A program made the position numbers and the translations under genes. This document shows positions 1-10,426 of a stretch of DNA of 20,000 bases, one piece after another. This stretch comes from Chiloscyllium plagiosum (Eukaryota): positions 52,011,468 through 52,031,467 of the forward strand of contig NC_057718.1 of the NCBI RefSeq assembly GCF_004010195.1, read 5' to 3'. Each line of letters begins with the position of its first letter. The stretch's first letter is position 1. The notes under the pieces were generated by a model. It saw only the letters and a list, made by a program, of their open reading frames with translations. It searched no databases and was not told where the DNA came from.

Positions 1-490
1 AGTGAGAAGGTTTCTGCTACCTGCTGGAACTAAAAGCTTGAGTTTTCTACTGCTAGAGTGATGCCTTAGACAGCCAGGCGTCCTCTTAAAAAACAAAAGG
101 GGCAGATTGTTTCTTTTGGTATTTCTTTCTACTAGACTGAAGAGACACAGCATGTGAGAATCATAACTGTTTTGCTGAATTGCATTTTTTGACAAAGGGT
201 GTGTTTATGGGATGCTGCCTATATTGGAACAGTTGATTATTAGTGTTTAAATAAAACATTATCTTGTTAAGTATTTCCATCGAGTAAAATTATGCCAATT
301 CTTCTTTTTGTTGCATTTTAACTGTGCTGTAAGAACAAAGGGTCTTTTGATTAAAGCTTAGTGATGGACCAATCGAATCTGGAACATAGCGCTTTGTGCT
401 TGCCTTTAAAAACAATGTAGAAGTTAGGGTCTATACTATCTCCATAATATACTTTGGGGGTGGGGGGGGGTTCTGGTCTGGTCCACAACA
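1..490 (+). mobile_element. Probable 3' part of an LTR (Gypsy-like or solo LTR), truncated by the window start
   Basis: Ends in ...ctggtctggtccacaaCA at 490, resembling the GGTCTGGTCCATAACA terminus I recall for shark LTR repeats. Sequence character changes after 490. No internal ORF. Confidence 0.4.
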
Positions 491-1580
491 CCTTGGCCTT
501 CTAGATGGAAGTAGTCATGGGTTTGGAAGTTGTAGGTCGAATGAACTTTCGAAAATTTACATTAAACATCTTTAAACTGCCTTTTACAATTAGTTCACCT
601 TTATTCCAGCTATATTGACTTTGAATTCTGGACTTTTTTAAAAGGTGAAAGAACATGCAATCATTGAAATGAATGTCTCACCAAAGTTGACATGATTGTG
701 CTCTCAAATTTCTATACAGTGCTAATTCATAACACAATGCTAAATGAAGGATGCCACAAAAAATGTTGGAACTTTCTTGACTTGTTTCACTTACTTAACA
801 TATATTGTTATCAACTCGGAGAAACCTTTTGTCTAATTGTGCATTTAACTGTGCTTTGGAATGAATTAAAATGTTCCAACTATTCATATCAATCATTTTG
901 CCTATGATTTATAAACAGGGGCAAACGTTATCTGGTGTCAAATCATTGCTATCACCCTCCACAATTCAATAATGTGTTGTTCTCAAAAAAATAAACTTGC
1001 ACTACTGGAGAAGCACACTTGAATTGGAACTAATTAAAGTTGAGAGCCTTTCATTAAATTTGCATTTTACATGACAATTAATTTAACCACAAAAAGAAAA
1101 TCTAAATAGGTTTTTGCAATTATCGATATCATCTTGATAACAGAAACAAATATTTATAAGAAAAGTTTTCAGCATTGACACTTTCTGTTTTATATATGTA
1201 AGTATCAATATGCCATACTGGCTACTGGGAATTAATGAACCTGGAACTGAGTTGAGCTGGGGGAACATATAGAGGATAAATGACCAGGAGCTGGTATATT
1301 GGGACAAATACATGACAAGTGATATTGGTTGACATAGCCCATAGTGTCACAAGTGATGTATTTTTCCACAAGTATACTGTGTATTTTGTTTAAGTTTGAC
1401 AATTCTGCAAATATTAACCACAGTCATGTTTTGCTGGAGTGATATATCATTGTTATACCCAGAGCTGCCAAGTTCTAGAAAGGAATTTTCGTAAAATTAC
1501 AGCATGAAGTCGACCAAATCCCAGTACAACGATCATAATCACCATTCCTCAAAACATCAGATGGTCGATGCTAAAAATAC

Positions 1581-1665
1581 CATTTCCCACATTACAAAAG
1601 TGGCTACACTTCAAAAGCACTTCACTGACTGTAAAGTGTTTTGAGACAATCTTAAATTTATAAAA
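1581..1665 (+). mobile_element. 3' fragment of a Deu-domain SINE (SacSINE1/AmnSINE-like)
   Basis: catttcccacattacaaaagtggctacacttcaaaagcacttcactgactgtaaagtgttttgagac matches the recalled DeuSINE tail and is visibly homologous to 18022-18093 in this window. Confidence 0.65.
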
Positions 1666-1992
1666 ACTGTGAGTTGAATGGAAATCATACACTCTTAATC
1701 CTTAATTATGTCCTCTTATTTTTATCATGAAATGTGAATTCAAGCATGATGAAAGTAAGTAACATTGAAAAAACTGAATAGAACTTCTACTTTGAACTAA
1801 GATTTGAAGAGCTCATTTTAATGTGCTGGCATCCCATCTCAGAACAATTGAGTTTTCGGCAGCTACGTCAGGCACATCTCTGGAGTCGTGGGAGAAAAGC
1901 AGAAAATGTCAATCACAGCCAGCAGTAGCTGTTGGGAATAACATGAAGCATGGAGAAGCAGTCCTGCATTTCCTAGTTCCATAGCAATTTAA

Positions 1993-2512
1993 AAGAACAT
2001 AAGACAGTAAGATCGAAGAGCAGGAGTAGGCCATTCAGCACATTGAATCTGCTGCACCATTCACTGTGGCCATGGCTGATCTGATAATCCTCAACTTCAC
2101 TTTCCTGCCTTTTCCCCATAATCATTGATTCTCTTTTTCATTAAGAACCTATCTACCTCAACTTTCAATGTACCCCATGGCCCAGCCTCAAAAGCCATCT
2201 GTGGTTAAGAATTCCACAGATTTACTACTATCTGAGATAAGAAATGTCTCCTAATTTAAGTCTGAAATGGATGAATTTTTATCCTATGATGCCTTCTCCA
2301 CAAAGGAATTAACCTTTTTACATCCATCCTGATAAGTCATCTCAGAATCTAGTATAGTTCAATAAGATTGCTTCTCATTCTCCGAAACTCCAATGAATGC
2401 AGCCCCAAACTATTCAACCTTTCCTCACAAGACAGCCCCTCAAAATCCATTATCAATTTCGTGAATATTCTTTCTGGACTGCCTCCAATGCTAGTATATC
2501 TTTCCTTAGATA
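1993..2512 (-). mobile_element. CR1 LINE, old copy, 3' end (continues at 3980 after the Penelope insertion)
   Basis: Starts with the reverse complement of a CR1 3' tail (agaacataag...gagcaggagtaggccattcagc). Stops at tttccttagata, which is duplicated at 3980-3991. Confidence 0.8.
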
Positions 2513-2564
2513 GTTAAATATCACACAACACCAGGTTATAATCCAACAGGTTTAATTGGAAGCA

Positions 2565-2599
2565 CACTAGTTTTCGGAGTGACGCTCCTTCATCAGGTG
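2565..2599 (-). ncRNA. Minimal type I hammerhead ribozyme motif, helix III variant
   Basis: Minus strand reads CAC-CUGAUGA-A-GGAG-cguca-CUCC-GAAA-AC-UA-GUG. Core intact, but AGCU is changed to AACU. Confidence 0.65.
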
Positions 2600-2828
2600 A
2601 TTGTGGAGGGCTTGATTGTATCACAGAATTTATAGCAAAAATTTGCAGTGTGATGTAACTGAAATTATACATTGAAAAATTGATTGTCTGTTAAGCCTTT
2701 CATCTGTAAGAATACAGTGATAGTTACACTTCTTTCATGTGTAAATCACAAAACCCTTTTTTTTAAAGTTGCATTCTCGGGTTAGCTGTTAACAATGGTG
2801 ATAGCTAGACAATATGTTGAAGGTGTTA

Positions 2829-2858
2829 NNNNNNNNNNNNNNNNNNNNNNNNNNNNNN
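2829..2858. other. Assembly gap (30 N)
   Basis: Run of N. Confidence 1.
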
Positions 2859-3001
2859 TTTTGAGCTCAGAGTTCTACATGAATGTATGCAGTTTTTGAG
2901 CAAAGTGCAATGTAACTCTGCAAGGACAAATTCACCCCACAAAATATATGTGTGCGTGTGGGTCTTTGTCTGTCTGGGGTGGGGGTTGTGAGTGTGAGAA
3001 A

Positions 3002-3024
3002 GTGTGTGTGTGTCTGTGTGTGTG
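3002..3024. repeat. Imperfect (GT)n microsatellite inside the Penelope-like element
   Basis: gtgtgtgtgtgtctgtgtgtgtg. Confidence 0.85.
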
Positions 3025-3060
3025 CAGTGAGTGCAGAGTGTCTTAAGACTCTGAGGGGGT

Positions 3061-3665
3061 NNNNNNNNNNNNNNNNNNNNNNNNNNNNNNNNNNNNNNNN
3101 NNNNNNNNNNNNNNNNNNNNNNNNNNNNNNNNNNNNNNNNNNNNNNNNNNNNNNNNNNNNNNNNNNNNNNNNNNNNNNNNNNNNNNNNNNNNNNNNNNNN
3201 NNNNNNNNNNNNNNNNNNNNNNNNNNNNNNNNNNNNNNNNNNNNNNNNNNNNNNNNNNNNNNNNNNNNNNNNNNNNNNNNNNNNNNNNNNNNNNNNNNNN
3301 NNNNNNNNNNNNNNNNNNNNNNNNNNNNNNNNNNNNNNNNNNNNNNNNNNNNNNNNNNNNNNNNNNNNNNNNNNNNNNNNNNNNNNNNNNNNNNNNNNNN
3401 NNNNNNNNNNNNNNNNNNNNNNNNNNNNNNNNNNNNNNNNNNNNNNNNNNNNNNNNNNNNNNNNNNNNNNNNNNNNNNNNNNNNNNNNNNNNNNNNNNNN
3501 NNNNNNNNNNNNNNNNNNNNNNNNNNNNNNNNNNNNNNNNNNNNNNNNNNNNNNNNNNNNNNNNNNNNNNNNNNNNNNNNNNNNNNNNNNNNNNNNNNNN
3601 NNNNNNNNNNNNNNNNNNNNNNNNNNNNNNNNNNNNNNNNNNNNNNNNNNNNNNNNNNNNNNNNN
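3061..3665. other. Assembly gap (605 N)
   Basis: Run of N. It produces the spurious 241-aa ORF. Confidence 1.
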
Positions 3666-3854
3666 GTTAACAGGTAACCCGAGAATGCAACTTTAAAAAA
3701 AAGGGTTTTGTGATTTACACATGAAAGAAACTATCACTATATTCTAACAGATGAAAGGCTTAGCAGACAATCAATTTTTCAATGTATAATTTCAGTTACA
3801 TCACACTGCAAATTTTTGCTATAAATTCTGTGTTACGATCGAGCCATCCACAAT

Positions 3855-3889
3855 CACCTGATGAAGGAGCGTCACTCCGAAAGCTAGTG
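3855..3889 (+). ncRNA. Minimal type I hammerhead ribozyme motif, intact core
   Basis: CAC-CUGAUGA-A-GGAG-cguca-CUCC-GAAA-GC-UA-GUG. It has both conserved boxes, a 4-bp helix II, palindromic AGCU in place of helix III, a CUA cleavage triplet, and CAC/GUG closing helix I. Confidence 0.8.
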
Positions 3890-3979
3890 TACATCCAATT
3901 AAACCTGTTGGACTATAACCTGGTGTTGTGTGATTTTTAACTTTGTACACCCCAGTCCAACACCGGCATCTCCACATAA

Positions 3980-5620
3980 TTTCCTTTGATAAGGGGAGCA
4001 AAACTGTTTAAGGGAAGTCTAACTAGTGCCTTGAATAGTTTTAACAAGACTTTCTTATTTTTGTACCCCAAACCATTGGAAATAAAAGAGGTTTTCATCA
4101 ACTAGGAGAAAGTAGGATTGCAGATGCTGAAGAGTCAGTGTCAAACATCTCTGAGCCCCCTTCCCTCTCCACCTTGATGATGAAGGGCTTATGCCTGAAA
4201 TGTTGATTCTCCTGCTCCTCGGATGCTGCCTGACCTGTACTTTTCCAGCACCACATTTTTCAACTCTCATGTTTGAAATAAAGGTCAAAATTCCATTTGT
4301 CTTTCCTGTTACCTGTTGAACCTAGATGTTAGCTGTTAGTAATTTATGTATGAAGACTCCATAACTCCATAATCCAAGGCTTTCTGCAGTCTTTTATCAT
4401 TTAAATAATATGGTAAATAATATTTAGGTCCTCTATTCTTCCTGCCAAAGAGCAAAACTTCATATTTTTTCACATTACATCCGTCTCCCATGTTTTTGCC
4501 CAAGCGCTCCATCTGTCTCCTTCTGCAGACATTTTGTTATCCCAAAACTTGTCTCCCCACTTATTTTGTGCCATCTGTAAATTTGGCTTTAATACATTTA
4601 CTTTCTCCATCCAAGTCATTAATATCTATTGCAAATAACATTAGCCATAGCACTGATCTCAGTGAGACTCCAATCATAGACTCATTTGGTCATACAGCAC
4701 AAACAATCACTAGCAGTAGCCATTGTAAAAATACCTCCCTTATCCCAGTTCTGTTTTTTTTACCAGTTAGCCAATCCTCTATCCATGCTATTATGCAACC
4801 TCTAACATCGTGGGCTTTTATGATATTAAGTAGCCTCATATGTGGCACCTTATCAAATGCCTTTTGAAAAGCTAAATATATTATATATTCAATACTCCTT
4901 CTTTATCTATCCTGTTTGTTGCATCCTCAAAGGAATCATATATATGTTGTCAGGCATGATTTTCCCTTCATGAAGCCAAGCTGATTCTGCTTGATTACAT
5001 TATGTATTTATATTTCCTATGCTATTACACCTTCACAGTAGAATCTAACATTTTTCACAATAACAGGTGCTAAGCTAACTAGCCTAATGTTATGTTCTTT
5101 TTGCCTCCTTTCCTTTTCAAATAAAGATGTTACACTGGCAGTTTTCCAATTTTCTGGAACTTTTCCATAACCTAAGGATTCTTGGAAGAATACTATTAGT
5201 ACATCCACCATCTCTGTAACTACTTCTTATCATATCCACAGGTAAATGCAATCAAGGGAGTAATCAATCTTTACGCCAATTAATTTCCCTAGTATATTTT
5301 CTCTAACCTTTTCTCCTCCTCCTTTTGCCCCTCGATTGTTTCTATTTGTGAAATGCTAATAGTGTCTTTAATTCCTCTGCCATTTCCTGTTTCCCCATTA
5401 TTACATTCTTAATCTCATTCTCTAAGGGGCATATATTCAGTTAGGCCTCTCGCTTACTTTTACATATGTTCAAAAAAGCTCTTGCTGTTTGTATTGACAT
5501 TACTTTTTAGTTTACATCAAAGTTTATCTTCTTCCTCTTTTTTTGCTCTTCTGCTGCTTTTTAAAAGTTTCCCAGTCCTCTGGTTTAGCACTAATTGTTT
5601 CACATTATATATCTTTACAT
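3980..5620 (-). mobile_element. CR1 LINE, old copy, continuation with degraded ORF2 (reverse transcriptase)
   Basis: Minus ORF 5017-5211 IVFFQESLGYGKVPENWKTASVTSLFEK resembles CR1 IFQxSLxSGxVPEDWKxANVTPLFKK. About 4839-4870 reads FQKAFDKVPH on the minus strand. Many stops and deletions. Right boundary approximate. Confidence 0.85.
4102..4268. mobile_element. Short, internally deleted Penelope-derived element nested in CR1, with a decayed hammerhead
   Basis: ctaggagaaagtaggattgcagatgctg...atgatgaagggcttatgcctgaaatgttgattctcctgctcctcggatgctgcctgacctg...ttttccagcaccac matches a recalled shark Penelope terminus. CR1 sequence gaaataaa recurs on both sides (about 4080 and 4275). Confidence 0.65.
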
Positions 5621-5864
5621 CTTAGAAGCAAAGCATCTATTCAAGCAAAATCTGAGCACCTTATATTGATGAGGACTCTGATTACATCATCCCACCTTAT
5701 TAAAGCATTGTATTTATTGCTAGTGTCATCACCATGTGATAATGCAAAATCAGAGTAAAAAAAAATGCTTCCAAGATGAAAAGGACTAATGTTTCCCACA
5801 TGTTAGCCCTTGTAATGTACATCACAGTATCTAAATACCAATGTTTGTTGGCTTATTCCCGATC

Positions 5865-6200
5865 TAAAAATAGTCAGTATTACCATTCTGACTACTAGCT
5901 TGATAACTTCACACTTTCCTACATTACATTTCATTTTCTATGTTCTTAGCAAATTCATTAACCTGCCTAGGTTCATTTTCTACCTCTATGTCACCCTTGC
6001 AGCTAACTTTCCACCTAACTTTGTGTCATTAGCAAACTTTGATGTATTACATTTGATGTAGACTGTAAATAGCTGAATAGCTTTATCCTTGTGACTTTCC
6101 ATTTGTTATATCTTGCCAACTCAAAAATTACCTGTTACCAGCAATCCTGAATTAAGGCAGATATATTCTCTCCAATCCCATGAGTTCCAATATTGTAGAA
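5865..6200 (-). mobile_element. Degraded CR1 ORF2 fragment
   Basis: Reverse complement of 6011-6042 reads SKFANDTKLGG, the CR1 KFADDTKLGG RT motif. Confidence 0.65.
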
Positions 6201-6204
6201 CATC

Positions 6205-6370
6205 AATTTTTGCTTTATTACTCAATCATTCATAGGATTATGAGTATGCTAGCTATGTTATCATTTATGTCTAACTCAACTTACCATGGAGAAACTAATG
6301 GTTAATTGCCTTAAAGATATTTGGTGCAGAGGCATATACTGTGCTAGGGTAAGGAAATCCTGGTTTAATT
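6205..6370 (-). mobile_element. Highly degraded LINE 3' end (CR1/L2 group)
   Basis: tcattcataggattatgagtatgctagctatgttatcatttatgtctaactcaacttaccatggagaa loosely resembles a common shark LINE tail as I recall it. Confidence 0.35.
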
Positions 6371-6517
6371 TAAAACAGCATATCGAATGAAGTGAAATGA
6401 ATACCACTAGTTCAACACTCAAGAAGGATTATAATAATAAGGACTAAGATGCAGAAAGTGAGATCTTAATTTAGTCTTTTTGAGGGAGAGATTTCGTTTT
6501 TTTAAAAAAGTACTTTT

Positions 6518-7402
6518 TGCTGGTGGTGTAATGGACAGTGACGAAGGTTATCTCTGCGCGCTTTGATCAGATTGGCTGATGAGCTAAGGAGTGGCAGATG
6601 GAGTTTAATCTAAATAAATGCAAGGTGCTACATTTTGATAGGGCAACTCAGGGCAGACTTATATACTTAGTGATAAGGTGGTGGGGAGTGTCACCAAACA
6701 AAGAGGTCTTGGAGTGTAGTTTCATATTTCCTTGAAAGTGGAATTGCAGGTAGACAGGGTCATGAAGAAACATTTTGTATGCTTGTCTTTATTGTTCAGT
6801 GCATTGCAGGAAAGAGTTGGGAGGTCATGTTGCAGCTGTACAGGACATTGGTTAGGCTACTTTTGGAATACTGTGTTCAATCTGGTCTCCCTGCAATAGG
6901 ATGTTGTGAAACTTGAAAGGATTCAGAAAAGATTTACAAGAATGTTGCCAGGGTTGGAGGGTTTGAGCCATAGGGGGGTGGGGGGGAGGTGGGAGGGGAG
7001 GTGACCTTTTAGAGATTTATAAAACCATGAGGGGCATGGATAGGGTGAATTGTCAAGGTATTTCCCCAGGCTAGCAGAGTCCAAAACTAGAGGGCATAGG
7101 TTTAAGGTGAGAGAGGAAAGATTTACAAGGGACTTTAGGGGCAACTTTTTCATGGAGAGTGTCATAGAAATGTACAGCATGGAGCATGGAAGCAGACCCT
7201 TGTGGAATGAGCTGCCAGAGGAAGTGGTGGAGGCTGGTACAATTGCAAAATTTAAAAGACATCTAGTGGGTATATGAATAAGAAGGGTTTAGAGGGATAT
7301 GGTTCAAATGCTGGCAAATGGGGCTAGATTAATTTAGGATATCTGGGTGGCACAGACGGACCAAAGGGTCTGTTTCTGTGCTGTACATCTCTGACTGTCT
7401 AT
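6518..7402 (+). mobile_element. CR1 LINE, 5'-truncated 3' fragment
   Basis: Colinear homology with the reverse complement of 18948-19870. Relic peptides include WQMEFNLNKCKVLHF, KTRGHRFKVREERF and WNELPEEVVEAGTI. 3' tail gctgtacatctctgact. Confidence 0.92.
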
Positions 7403-8212
7403 ATTGATTCATGTGTCATGCAACAGTTTAGACATCAGGTGGACAATTACAATCACGTTGCGCTGCAGTAAACTGCTCAACACTGATTGCATATGATCTG
7501 CAATTTTCACTCTGTCTTGAATGGAAAGTTGCTAAACTTCATTGAATTTGGCAGTACAACAAATTGGGAAAGATGCCACTAGTTCATGGCATGACTTGCT
7601 CATCACCAAATGTGAAGTACGATCATAACATTTTGACCTTATCTATTCTAAATGGATTTGCATGAAAGGCAAGGTAAGGCAGCCTGTATTGTTTTACTGC
7701 TCAGCATAAGGTTGTTAATACTTTTCCTGGACACTGCGGAAGTAATGTCTTGAACGGGTATGAAATGTCAACTGTCAGGAAGGAAACTTTAGTCTTTATT
7801 CTCCTATATATGCAATATTAAATGTCACAATACCAACTGTCTTGCTTATTTCAGGGATTAAAATTACTGGCATCAACCTCAACTATCTAAATCAGATTAT
7901 TATTACTAGAACAGAAAATATATAATTTTGATTGCACAAAGTCAGTTCCTTCAGTGGCAAATCTCATCAGTCATAGACATTTTCTGTCACTTATCTGTAG
8001 TGATGGTAATTTGTCTTCTACACATCACCATAATCAAGTCATTGTACGATTTCAGTTTTCTTGATGAGGCCGCAAACAAAATAAATACAACACAGAAAAG
8101 AGAAATCACATTGTTTCAACTAAACTATTTTTTAATTAGCAAGACAAAACTCTAGCTGCCCCAGCTGAACAATGTAAGATCAATTCTCCTAAGTCATTTA
8201 ATCATTGAACTA

Positions 8213-8612
8213 CAGGTAGTTCTCTTATAACGCGCGTTTATTAAACACAATTTGTCTGAAATGCGATTTGTGAATTGCCAGCGATGTTTTATAAAGCGAC
8301 TCTCATTCGCTGTTACGTAATTCTCATCCCCGGCATTCGGTGTCGCGGTACACGGATGACTGGACTCCGCATCAGCATCACGTGATCAGTAGGCATGTGC
8401 GCTTTTTCGTGAAGAGCTTGGTGATAGGTATTATGAAATGTTTGTGTCAGTGAACTTGGAAAATGTCTCTACAGCCTGAGGACAAGAAGCTGAGAGCAGT
8501 CTGTTAATTTAAAAACTTAGAGTCGAGTTAAGAGTGAAATTTCACTGGAATTGACTAACAGTAAAAAAGGGCAGAGTTGAGGAGCAATTTGAAACTTTGT
8601 TGTTTGTATTAA
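8213..8612 (+). mobile_element. 5' part of a Tigger/pogo-like (Tc1/mariner) DNA transposon with a decayed transposase N-terminus
   Basis: TA (8211-8212) followed by CAGGTAGTTCTCTTATAACGCG, a Tigger-type left TIR. From ATG 8463 a frameshifted MSLQPEDKKLR/QSVNLKT*...VEEQFETLLFV weakly resembles pogo/CENP-B HTH regions. No right TIR found. Confidence 0.5.
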
Positions 8613-9018
8613 GAGTAATTTTTTTCTCTCTTTGTTTAGAAAATATGATTAGATGTTAAAGAATATCTGCAAACTCATATGAATCTGTTTCAGTGACTAA
8701 TCGCTATGGTAACCAACTGCAAAAAATACCAGTACAGGGTTTTAGACATGGTCAGCCAGCTGCTCAGGGTGGTCAGTCAGGAAACTCTGTACATAGTGGG
8801 TGAGGGAGAGAAAGGCCAGTGGTACACTGTTACCTTTGGTGCATGTGTGGAGATGGCCTGAGGTGGTGAGTAGACTGCGCAGAAGAGATTCATTGTTAGT
8901 CAGGGTAGATGTTCCTGAGGATGAGAGTGAGTGGGGATGATGTTGGAGGAAATGATGGTAACAGTTGCACAGCTCAGAGTGAGTGTGAGGTATCAATGAG
9001 AAGATGGTGGTACTTTCA

Positions 9019-9240
9019 CTGGCAGAGTGGAGAAGGCCATTGATGATCTTCCTACATTCTGTGCATTCCCTCAGATGATTGAGACTGCACTGGTCTGGAT
9101 GGTAACCCTGGTCCAGGTTGGCGTGGTTCCAGTAGAATGGCGTCCTCAGTTGGTCTGGGAGGAAAGGAGATCCTGTCTTTGCATCATCCCATCCCCATCA
9201 GCAGCATCTCCATGTCTCTGCCCACAAAGAGAGGCAACAA
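9019..9240 (-). pseudogene. Decayed Myb/SANT-like DNA-binding domain of a PIF/Harbinger transposon
   Basis: Joining frames gives LPLFVGRDMEMLL/DGMMQRQDLL/FLPDQLRTPFYW/TTPTWTRVTIQTSAVSII*GNAQ/xCRKIINGLLHSA. This fits the Myb_DNA-bind_5-type pattern PRFxxxxLExLL...W..V.......RxxxQCRKKxNDL. Needs about 4 frameshifts and 1 stop. Confidence 0.6.
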
Positions 9241-9419
9241 TTTTTCATTGTCTGCTGCATCCAGAGCCAATGGCAGGGACCATGCAGGGCAGCTCCAGAC
9301 TGACAGCTCTTGCCTCAGTGCACAATATCTTCTTAAAGATGGTACTGCACCACAGATGTTGGTCAATTCTGGGATATCCAGGAACTGTTGAGTTGTTTTG
9401 GAAATGGCACACGGTATGA

Positions 9420-10426
9420 TTTCCTCTGCAACTTGTTCCTCGATTTCCTGACCCACCAACCTCAATCAGTGAAGATAGAAAACAGGACCCCATCTATGAC
9501 AATCCTCAACACCAGTGCCTCACAGGGATGCGTACTTAGCCCCATACTGCACTCCCTGTACACTCATGACTGTGTGGCCAAATTTTGTCCAATCTTCATC
9601 TACAAGTTCGCTGATGACACCATTATTGTAACCTGGATTTCAAACAATATCAAGACAGAATACAGATAACAATCTGTCCCTCAACATCAGCAAAACTAAA
9701 GAACTGATCATTGACTTCAAGAAGCAAGGAGGAGGGCAATCCCTTATCTACCTCAGTGGAGCTGAGGTGTAGATGGTCGAGAGTGTCAAGTTCCAAGGAG
9801 TGATGATCACCAACAATTTGTCCTGGATCACCCATGTTGATGCTACAGTCAAAATGGCACAACAACACCTCTTCCACCTCAGGAGATTAAAAAAAAATTG
9901 GCATATCCAAAAGGACTCTCACCAATATCTATAGATGCACCATAGAAAGCATTCTATCTGGATGCAACAATGTTTGGGACAGCAACGGCTCCACTCAGAA
10001 CCGTAAGAAACTACAGAAAGTTGTGAACACAGCCCAGTCCATCACACATGCCATCATCCCATCCATTGACTCCATGCACACTGCTTGATGCCACAGAAAG
10101 GCAGCCAACATTATTAAGGACCTCTCCTGCGCCAGTTACAATCTCTTCCATAGGCTTATGGCAGGCAGAAGATAGAAAAATTAAACACATGTACCAACAG
10201 GTTCAAGAACATCTTCCCTGCTGTTATTAGACTTCTGACTGGACCCCTTAAACTTCATATCTAATGTTGATCTTGCTTTTGTGCACCTTCTTTGGAGCCA
10301 TTACTTTGTATTCTTCGCTCTGTTCTATCACCCTATAATCTTTGTATGTTATGATCTGCCTGTGCTGCAGGCAAAATAAAACTTTCCACTGTACTTTGGT
10401 ACATGTGACAATAATAAATCAAATCA
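9420..10426 (+). mobile_element. Rex1/Babar non-LTR retrotransposon, 5'-truncated
   Basis: ORF 9388-9669 contains LCNLFLDFLTHQPQSVKI...SQGCVLSPILHSLYTHDCVAK...YKFADDT, then NNLSLNISKTKELIIDF after a short deletion at about 9665. Ends in ttccactgtactttggtacatgtgacaataataaatcaaatca, a Rex1-type 3' tail. Confidence 0.88.

Larger units (their letters stand above)
2512..3979. mobile_element. Penelope-like retroelement with inverted pseudo-LTRs, inserted into CR1
   Basis: 2512-2793 is the reverse complement of 3666-3942 with few differences. The right arm has a roughly 37-nt extension (3943-3979). Flanked by a 12-bp duplication, tttccttagata (2501-2512) and tttcctttgata (3980-3991). Hammerhead core in both arms. 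Centre lies in an N gap. Confidence 0.85.

Noticed and set aside
1110..1203. Exon-like AG...GTAAGT segment, plus acceptor-like sites at 7854, 8639, 12890, 13160 and 18135
   Set aside because: No convincing open frame running to a good donor site and no recognisable peptide.
2952..3677. 241-aa ORF
   Set aside because: Artefact of the 605-N gap plus a GT microsatellite.
4490..4867. 125-aa plus-strand ORF (likewise 19122-19430, 6923-7180, 9650-9877)
   Set aside because: Antisense frames of CR1 or Rex1 reverse-transcriptase relics, not independent genes.
8700..8714. RFX X-box-like motif (also 1976-1988) and octamer ATTTGCAT (7655-7662)
   Set aside because: Isolated short motifs with no associated gene start, V-segment or RSS. 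Expected by chance.
9027..9419. 130-aa plus-strand ORF and overlapping short ORFs
   Set aside because: Antisense to the Harbinger Myb relic in GC-richer sequence. No recognisable domain or splice support.
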